Assembly: GCF_963676685.1 (NCBI RefSeq)
Contig: NC_092354.1
Span: forward strand, 28,768,001-28,832,000
DNA length: 64,000 bases
From: Mytilus edulis
Taxonomy: Eukaryota
Reading direction: 5' to 3'
The notes beneath the pieces are model-generated. The model had not been told where the DNA came from. It worked only from the letters and a program-made list of their open reading frames with translations, and ran no database searches. The stretch's first letter is position 1. Each line of letters starts with the position of its first letter. Both the position numbers and the translations under genes were made by a program. Below are positions 54,801 through 64,000 of this stretch, one piece after another.

Positions 54801-57800
54801 TCGATTTTTTTGTTATAGAAGGAAATAAGGAAATTGCATTTAATCATTGAAAACCTTATACTGTGACAGAACTAATTTTAACTCACATGTATGTGGAAAT
54901 TACTGGTAGGGTAGGATGCCTAACTTATAGAATAGAAAAATAGAAAATATTTTTTTTATTCACCAAATAAGGGCCCCTAGAAGGGCATATAGCATACAAA
55001 CAATAACATATGCAATACACAGACAATAGATATTTAATATGAGTAATAAAATAATACTACAGGAAACACTAAACAAAATAATAGCAATATACTAGTACTA
55101 TTATAATTCAATTAATACTAGTGTTGACATTGACTTATGTGCTGCAGGTTTATTAGTGTATTTTACCTATAAAAAGAAAAACAAGAAGTATAAGTAGGTA
55201 GTACTGAGAAATATTTACACATATAAATACATTAAATTACACACAGTTTGTTTTTTTAATAAATTTACTGCACGCGTTGCCGTTTTAGCGTAGTTGTCCT
55301 ATCAGCCAGTTTCCTTTTCCTCTGACCTTTCTTCTTTCCTTTCGACCTAGCTTCATTGACCACTCGTCTGCCATCTGTTGACTTAACCAATTTGGTCTTC
55401 ATACGGTATCGGCGGAACCTGGCAAAATATTTGTACCTTTCCATTAAAGTTTTGTTTGCCCAAACATGCCTGTCAATCTTAAAATGTTCGTGTGTGCTCG
55501 CAAGCGTATAAGGTCCTCTCCCGATCACTGCTCTCCGTAAATCTTTATAGTTTGCCTCTACCATGTCTGTCATCTTTATCACAAAGTCAACTAATGACTG
55601 AGGCTTCCAATCAACAGCTATCTTCAGAACATGATTGTACGATTCACTATTATTGTTAGTCCACTCTCTTTCAATTCTTCCCGCATTTTGTGGCTCATAT
55701 ATTTTCCCTTTAAGGACTGGCTTCAAAACCGTTGAAAAGTAGCCTTTCAATGATGGAAATTTCTCCTTGCAGAATTCTTCGACTTCTTCACACTTTTCTT
55801 CAAAAACGGCACTATCGTCTGCATTAGATATGCCATTTCTTCCAAAAATGCGTTGCTCGATATCTAATCTCTCCTTTCTGTGCATCCCAACTCCATTTTT
55901 CATCTTTTCTGAAAGGTTTAGTTTCAAATGCCGTGTACATAATACATGAGTTGCTTCTGGAAAACTTTTGACAATGGCTTTAACTAAAGATCCTTCTTGA
56001 TCGGAACCAATGACCAATTCCGAGGTGTCCACATCCGCGAGTTTGGTCTTAAGATGCGAGAAAAATATACTATACGTATCAAAATGCGAACAGTCGTGTA
56101 AAAACATGGGTCCGACAAATAAAGGCGGTTCTCCTGTTTCAATCTTTGTGACAGAAAGTTGTTTGAAAACAGATGGTGTCACATGAATGTCACAAATGTT
56201 AAATGTTTTGTCGAAACCCAAAAGAGTTTGTCCACTGCAGCACAAGTTCACAACGTCCTTCATCATTTCTTCCGTATACAGGATAACGCACGGTGTTTTA
56301 CCTGGAGAATGAGCCACATGCTTAATTAAACTGTGTCCTTTCTGCATCATATTTTCTATAGTTTGTATGTTATCTGCCATATTTCCACGGTTTCCTGTTA
56401 CGCCAGTTATATTCCGAATTTCTTTCTTCTTATCGCGGTATTTTTTGTCACGAATCTGTCTTGGTGCCGAAGGCCCGGTTGCTTCATCACTACAGTTGAT
56501 TAACAATTTATTATATGCATTTTTTGGACGCATGGTTTTCACAAGTTCTCCCATTTCTTCAAATAACAGTGCTGGAGTTCGAACGAATTCACTTCCTTTC
56601 TTTGAATTGCCATGAGCAGAAAAACCGGGGTGTTTGCCTTTATATTCCACGACAGCCGCATTGAAGTTGATATCAAATGAAGGAGGTGCTTTTCCGACCC
56701 ATGTTACTCTTTTCTTGTATGACTGTTGCTTAAGAGTGGAGTAGCTACGACTGATTTCCACGATTTTTTCATCGGCGGGCTGAGGATCCACTGGAATGAA
56801 TTCTTTCTTCTTGTTTATTTGCTTTTCAGTACAAAATATACCCTGTCTACATACAACAGCTTTTAGCTTACCATCATCTTGAACAACATATGTCTTAGGT
56901 GTTGACCCAGATGAACTAATCCAGACCCCACAGTCATCGGAAAATTCACTACGTAAGTTATTAACTCGTCTTGCAATGTTTCTGGAGTTGTCAATTGTAA
57001 AACATACGTTGTCTTTCTTTCCTTCTGGGATACCATGTCTAACATCTTTTGATTTCAGTTTATTTAAAAGTTCCTCTAAATTTAAAAACTCTCCGTATCT
57101 TAATTGTTCTTCTGGTTGAAACATACAAGAATTTGATACTTCATCGAGAGAATCGTCTTTTTCGGCGTCATCTGAACTGTCATTGTCTTCATTCTCCAGG
57201 TTTTCTTTTGCCTCATCTGACCCATTGCTCCTTTGGTTATGAAAGAAACTAAAATTGTCTGACAAAACTGATTGATCAAGGGAACTGTTGTGCGTATTGC
57301 TACTGCTTTCATCTGGATCACTTTCACCAAATATATCCGTAACAGTTCTTTCTGCAGATTCACCAGTTTCGTCTGCAGTCTTTGGTTTTATGCTGTAAAA
57401 AAAATACATGTCTTAATAGAATAAGAAAAGAATGAACCAACGCGCCATATGGTATCATAAAACACAGATGACACATCACGAACAAGTATACTACTAGTAT
57501 TTAAAATTGAACAATATATATTCACTTGATGAACAACTAAATAGCTAGAAATTGTATTTTATTATGGTGTAAAAGCGGCATCACCCTTAAACGGTAAAGG
57601 TAACGCCACATAAATCAAAGGCTGTTTTATGTGGTAATGAGTATTGAATACATAAATTTCATAACACGGACGTACAAACCGACAAGGGTAAAAAATTAAT
57701 GGCCCTTTCGCTACGGGGAGCCATACAAACGAATCTTATAATTCTTTATTTTTTATAATGCAACCTTGAAATTACTAGTTATCACAAATTAAATCGTGTT

Positions 57801-60800
57801 ACTATGTGCATGCAGTGTGTGACGTTGTCGTGAGAAGCAAGATCATGTGATGTAATGAATGTTGAAATTTACTGAGTGATACCCTTTGATATTGCAATGT
57901 CATTTTTTACATTGAATAAGTATTTATATCATACCTTTCATTGTTGTATGTAGCATCAGTACTGTCGACAGTATCACTGTGTTTGTTGTGCTGTTGGCTG
58001 CTGTTGTCTCTGTTGTGGGGGTCTATGCTTGTCTCGTAGTCTTGGTTAGTGCCTTCTTTGTTGCATTTGTTGTTTTTTGCATTTCTTTGGTTGCTTGTAT
58101 GGTCCTGATCACTACTGTCGTCCAGATCCACGAACTGTGAAGTCGGTGTATGTAATCTCAAAAGAGGTACACAGTGGTTTGGATCAAACACTGCGAATGG
58201 TTGTGGTCTTACTTTCATAGTCCACATTATTGTTACTGCAGCCTCTTCACTTTCATTAACAGTTCTCCCAACTATTTTTCTGTGATATGGCTCTGTATGG
58301 TAGTTTGAAGATACCAAAGGTGGATAATATGATTGAAGTGGCTTGTTTATAACAGCACTCAACCCATACATATGTTGCATGTCGGAATATGCTCCTATGA
58401 CTATGGCATTCCTGACAAGCTGTTCATATGGACTGGTTACTACACGGTTATCCCTAATCCTGTCGGTGTACCCTTTAGATGAGGTATCGTATTGCTGTTT
58501 ATTGCTTATGATTTCCAATGCAGTCAGGAGTCTGAGGTGATGATGGTAAATTTGCGTTCCAAAAAGTCCAGTTGATACAGAGCGATAAAGACAGTTGCCG
58601 TCGCCTATAGTTTCTATTGGTGTTCTGGTTTCCAATACCGCTGGCGCAAAACCGCGTAAAATATTTGCAGAGACTTCATCGACATTTTCCAGACAAATTT
58701 GATTGGATTGTTCCGGTAGTTTGATATCGTACGTCTTCAATAAAAGTGATTCAGATGTAGCAGTATTGGTTATTTGTGAGGTGTTTCCATCTTTCAATGT
58801 AGATTCTAACCTGAAATATGCCCAAAAATTAACATCAGCACAAATTAGTATCAATTTTCTCGTCCTTTTTATATATACTTGAACTTGAAAAGTGAGATAA
58901 TTAACGGTCTCGAAATGCGGTAATATGATTGATTGTTGGTTGCTTAACGTCCAGTGGCAAATATTTTTTGCAAATTCAGGACATTTTATACTTGTTTTAT
59001 AATTTATACATATATAATTCATGTAGAACGAAATGCGGTAATATCATTCATTTTCTTCTTTTTTTTTTTTTTTATCAAAAAGACATACCTTCATCAGTGA
59101 CATATTATATGTTTCTGTTAAATGTACATGTATTACCTTATAATATAGCAAGATAAAATTTTCATTGTCGATATACAAGTGAATAAGAAATATTAATTTA
59201 TGACTGTCAAACAATTGTTCTACATGAATTAAATTTTATAAATTATAAAACATGCACTGTTTTGTTCAATCTCGGTCGCTAATTTAATTAGTTGGAACAT
59301 TTCAACAATTCCTTATAAAGTTTTTCGAATGAGTATATATATTATATGCATATCACGTAAAATAGAAAATATCATATAAAACATGAAGGAAATTTAACAG
59401 TAATTATTGAATAAATACTAATAAGTTTGAGTACTTTGTTCTATTTGTTTGCCTTTGTTTGTGTTGTGTGTGTGTGAGTGTGTTACATTTTAAATTAATA
59501 CACATTAATTATGACTTTGACACGTTAAACTTGTCTATGGTTTGAAATCGTAAAAAAAAGGTCCCGTTATCTTCATGAACAAGCTTATCTATAATAGATA
59601 CATGTAGCGCAGGCAAATATTTATCACCATCGGACATCGTTTCGCTAATCTACATATATAAGTGGTTTATTAGATAAAATAAATAGAAATCAACAGGCCA
59701 TTAATTTTTTCACACCCTTTATCTATACGCTTATTATAAGGTAAACAATTATTAATTATACCGAGAGCGGGTGCGCTTTTCATTTATCTATATTTCCTAT
59801 GAAAGACGAAACGAACAGACTATAAAAAAAATAATAATTGGGACATCTATACTAATTTAGTATCATAATCCGATATAATAATGATGTCATTTCTTTTTAT
59901 TAAAAAATCTTCTTTTATTCCCATGTAGCCCTTTGTTTTTACGAATTAAGAAATTGAAACTAAACAAGAATCTCGTAAAGTTTGGCAAGTTTAACATGTA
60001 GCAGGACTTGAAATTTTCGTCCAATATTTTTATAATTCTATTTTCTAAATATTTACCTTAACAAGGACTGCTGGCAGTCAAAACTTTCCTGATCAAAACA
60101 GCAAAATTTGCAGTAAAATTTCAGTCCTCTCGTTGCCCATTGTTTTGTTAATTCTGATGACATTCCTTTGCCGACACAGCCACTGTGCACCCATTTTCCA
60201 CACCCAAAGCAGAGGACGGATTCTGTGCATTCACAATCCTTACTACAGATACAGCAAGGGTACTGTTTTCGATATCGAGATTTACAACTACGTGCTCTCA
60301 CCATTTTTTGTAATTTTGAAAAAAAGTGAGGAAACAAGCCTTTTTATTTTTTTTAAAGTGACGATTATCGTGTTTAAATCACGTGCAACAAATATTTTTG
60401 ACATCTAACATCCGAGAGGAAATGGTGATGCTGACATGTATATTTTTTATATTACCATACCCAATGCCACCGGGCAATATGTTGACATCTTAATAATAAA
60501 CAAACGAAATATTTTTTATTAAATGTAAGGATAAACATTTATAGTAAGATAATATTTGCTTTTCATTTATTTTTACTGCGTATTAGTATAAACATTTAAA
60601 ATGCTGTCCTAATTTATGAACCTGATGTTCAGTGCATTGTTGTCGTTGATGTGATTAAAATCCTTGATGAAAAAATAAATAATTAAGCATACATGTATTA
60701 AACAAAATTTAACTAGAAAAACATGTTAAATTGTTTCTTCTTTGTAAATTCACATATTCTTATAAATGCACAATCTAAATTTTTAATTATGCATTTAATT

Positions 60801-60986
60801 TTATTATTACGAAGAATTGTTAACAATATAAAAAAAATATAATACATTGTTTTAACTTTATTCAATAAATATATATGTATCCTCTTTTCGGTTCTTTTCG
60901 GTCCTTTTCGGTTCTTTTTGGTCCTTTTCGGTTCTTTTCGGTTCTTTTCTGTAATTCGTCGCTCTTTTCTGTAAATCGTTGGACCG
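54694..60986 (-). mobile_element. Mutator-like (MULE) DNA transposon, copy 2, full length (6293 bp), putatively autonomous
   Basis: Both TIRs present (54694-54800, 60878-60986), flanked by AAATA on each side, with an intact spliced transposase gene. Confidence 0.92.
55265..60304 (-). CDS. PHD-OTU-MULE transposase fusion, 1083 aa (exons 60304-60057, 58810-57935, 57392-55265)
   Basis: Same ORF translations and splice sites as copy 1. Confidence 0.88.
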
Positions 60987-61442
60987 AAATAAAGTCACTA
61001 AAAATGATTTTGTCGTTAAATGTATCTAACCTATCTTATCTTGAAGGAACCGTATCTTCCCACACAAATTAAATTCCTTTAAGTTACAGTTTAGTTCACT
61101 ATATTTCAGAAATTTGTGAGGTTTTTCCCAACCAGGCATTTATCGATATTGAGATAACGGAATCGTTAAAATTTAATGTCTCCTATTCGCTCTAGTCACA
61201 TACCATCTAACGTTCATACGCAAAGTGACTAAATTATTTTTATTTATCTGAAATACAATACGTTCACGGTCGCAGGAAAAGGGAGAATATGTATAAACTT
61301 TTAATATTTTAAATACTTTGATAGCGATTGTTGCTGCCGATGAACTGTTTAGTCTTCTTTCTATATGGTCAACTATTTGAAGTGAAGCGACGGCAGAAAA
61401 TTACAATTCAACTTCAATTATGTATTTATTTATAAGCATTAA

Positions 61443-62783
61443 TGTGGTGTTCGTCTTGGGGAAAGACTATTTCCCTTGAAAGGACCCGACCTGGACTTTA
61501 TGCATATAAGAAGGACTTAGGCTTAAGTACTGTGTAATTACCTATTACTCAGGCGTTGCAAACTGTATCTTCGTATGCGTCTAGCTTGTAGTTGACCATT
61601 AGCTGAAGAGGGCGCTGCAGGCGTGCGCAGGCTCTGACATCCGCTGTATCCAACCAGAGGCCCATTGGTGTCCATCGTCTACTCCTGGCAGGGAGAATGG
61701 TATCAGTTGTCTACTCCTAATAGGGAGAACCCGGGGCTTAGGGTAAAGATACAACACCCCCCTCCTTCCTAAAAAGGAGGAACTATAAGTTCCGACAAAG
61801 GCCTGACAACTGAAGACGCCCCTTATGCCTTAAATTCAAAATACTAAGTTAATTACCTAACCACGAATGGGTTATTTCTAAAATCTATCTTTCACTAAAA
61901 ACATGACATTTAAAAAATACATCTATTTGCCTGAGACAATAAAAAAAAAAATTTCATGTCCGTTACTCGGAACTACAATTCAGAATTGTCCTAATTCTGA
62001 ATCACATATCTCTAAAATACACAGAAACTAAATCTACTACAAATAATCAAAAATTTACAAAGATCTCTATTTCTGTCAGTTCATTAAGCTCCCCTTGAAT
62101 TTCCAATTAATCTAAACTACCTGCTATTCTACTAAATCCCCCTAAAATATTAAGCACCAGTTCCAGCCATGATACAAAATCAGAAGCAGTAACATCCTCT
62201 CTCCCCGTCAACCATCTGGCAATGAGAATGACCATCTGGCCTCTAAAATGTTGGAACTCTCTGTCCTGCAAGATCTGTTGGGAGAACTTACTACGGAACA
62301 TCCCTGACAAGTGGTCAGCTAGGGCATGCTCTCTCAAGTGCCGGGTTATCACCGGACAGTCTGGGACAGGGCACGCGACATCCCTGTCACTAAGTCTCCA
62401 GGTTCTTTCCTTGAACCCACTGTATGGTCCTGTCCATACGGGTGCTCCTTCCCCTTCCAAGCATCTGGAATGACCTTCTTGAAAGCCATAGGGTCGACTT
62501 CCTTGACTGCTTCCTCTTGAGCGGCTGCAGGCTCCTTTGGAGTAGGAAGTGACTCTTCTCCAGGTTTCTGTACAGGTTCCTCCTGTTCCTTTAAATCACT
62601 TACTTGTGGTATTGCTGGTACCTCCGGCAATACTGTGGGATCCTCCACAGGTCCTTCCTGGCCAGGTACTTCCCTCCTGACCCTTCTCCTGTGGGTCGCT
62701 TGATCCAAGATTGAGGTGTCGAATGGCTGAATGCCCACTCCCGGCTGGGAGTTACAACTACTAGGCGTGACCCGGTCAACCAA
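61443..62783 (-). mobile_element. 3' end of an LTR retrotransposon: LTR 61443-61756, polypurine tract 61757-61770, truncated internal region
   Basis: On the minus strand AGGAAGGAGGGGGG is directly followed by TGTTGTATC...CACCACA (TG..CA with imperfect terminal IR). The interior is GC-richer. Confidence 0.7.
62107..62783 (-). pseudogene. Accessory ORF of the LTR element with a C2H2-like motif, frameshifted
   Basis: A Pro/Glu-rich ORF (62349-62783) overlaps an ORF containing CPVPDCPVITRHLREHALADH (62107-62460). Confidence 0.4.
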
Positions 62784-63832
62784 CCAAAATGGCCGCCACG
62801 GCTACAAATAGAACATAGGGGTAAAATGCAGTTGTTGGCTTATAACTCAAAAACCAAAGCATTTAGAGGAAATCTGATGTGGGGTAAAAATGTTCATCAG
62901 GTCAAGATCTATCTGCCCTGAAATTTTCAGATGAATCGGTCAACCTGTTGTTGGGTTGCTGACCCTGAATTGGTAATTTTGAGGAAATTTTGCCATTTTT
63001 GGTTATTATCTTGAATATTATTATAGATAGAGATAAACTGTAAACAGCAATAATGTTCAGCAAAGTAAGATTTACAAATAAGTCAACATGACCGAAATGG
63101 TCAGTTGACCCCTTTAGGAGTTATTGCCTTTTATAGTCAATTTTTAACCATTTTTCGTAAATCTTAGTTATCTTTTACAAAAATCTTCTCCTCTGAAACT
63201 ACTGGGCCAAATTAATTCAAACTTAACCACAATCATCTTTGAGGTACCTTGTTTGAAAAATGTGTCCGATGACCTGGCCATCCAACCAAGATGGCCACCA
63301 TGGCTAAAAATAGAACAGGGGTAAAATGTAGATTTTTGCTTATAACTCTGAAACCAAATCATTTAGAGGAAATCTGACAAGGAGTTAAATTGTTAATCAA
63401 GTCAATATATATCTGCCCTGAAATATTCAAATGAATTGGACAACCGGTTGTTGGGTTGCTGCCCTCCAATTTTTAAAGAAATTTTGCTGTTTTTGGTTAT
63501 TATCTTGAATACTATTATAGATAGCGATAAACTGTAAACAGCGATAATGTTCATCAAAGTAAGATCTACAAATAAGTCCACATGACCTAAATGGTCAATT
63601 GACCCCTTAAGGAGTTATTGCCCTTTATAGTCAATTTTTTTTTCTCTGTTACTAATGGGCAAAGTTCATTATAGATATAATTGTAAGAAGCAAGAATGTT
63701 CAGTAAAGTAAGAACTTCAAACACATCACCATCACCAAAATACAATTTTGTCATGAATCCATTTGTGTCCTTTGTTTAATATGCACATAGATCAAGGTGA
63801 GCGACACAGGCTCTTTAGAGCCTTTAGTTTCC
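62784..63832 (+). mobile_element. HINE-like element with ~500-bp internal duplication
   Basis: aa(a/g)atggcc(g/a)cca(c/t)ggct...aatagaaca at ~62786 and ~63288. 3' end ggtgagcga followed by hairpin aggctctttagagcct and a T-rich end. Confidence 0.65.
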
Positions 63833-64000
63833 TTTTTTCTTTATAGAAATTTTTAATTTATAAGTTGAAGAATATCTAAAAACAGAAAGAGAGTTCCAAT
63901 AATTGTCTAAAAAAATACATATAATTTGTAAAGTAGTTATAAAAGATGTCCTACAGTCATATAACAAATTATCCCTCCGTGGGGCCCCTTAAATTTTGCC

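Noticed and set aside
54560-54847. ORFs 54560-54847 and 54577-54828 with repeated FRSFSVLF / EKDQKEPKRT
   Set aside because: They are translations of the 10-bp TIR subrepeats, not genes.

Overview
AT-rich eukaryotic (animal) genomic DNA with GT-AG introns, made up almost entirely of nested mobile elements and their remnants. The dispersed repeat families resemble those of mytilid bivalves, but that assignment is an inference. The most intact feature is a head-to-tail tandem of two near-identical ~6.3 kb Mutator-like (MULE) DNA transposons (48567-54688 and 54694-60986). In each, three ORFs splice in frame into one predicted 1083-aa PHD finger + OTU/vertnin-like cysteine protease + MULE DDE transposase fusion. 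The window also carries a spliced RecQ-type helicase N-half behind a possible Academ-type terminus, three divergent NRF1/EWG-like DNA-binding-domain relics, and a frameshifted SRF-type MADS-box + PHD finger gene. Other relics include DIRS-like gag, Polinton-type polB, Harbinger/ISL2EU and a Sola3-like transposase, the 3' end of an LTR retrotransposon, Helentron-type non-autonomous elements with internal satellites, MITEs, SINE-like repeats and a truncated hammerhead retrozyme-like unit. No rRNA, tRNA, CRISPR or clearly conserved host housekeeping gene was recognised. All family assignments are by eye; no searches were run.
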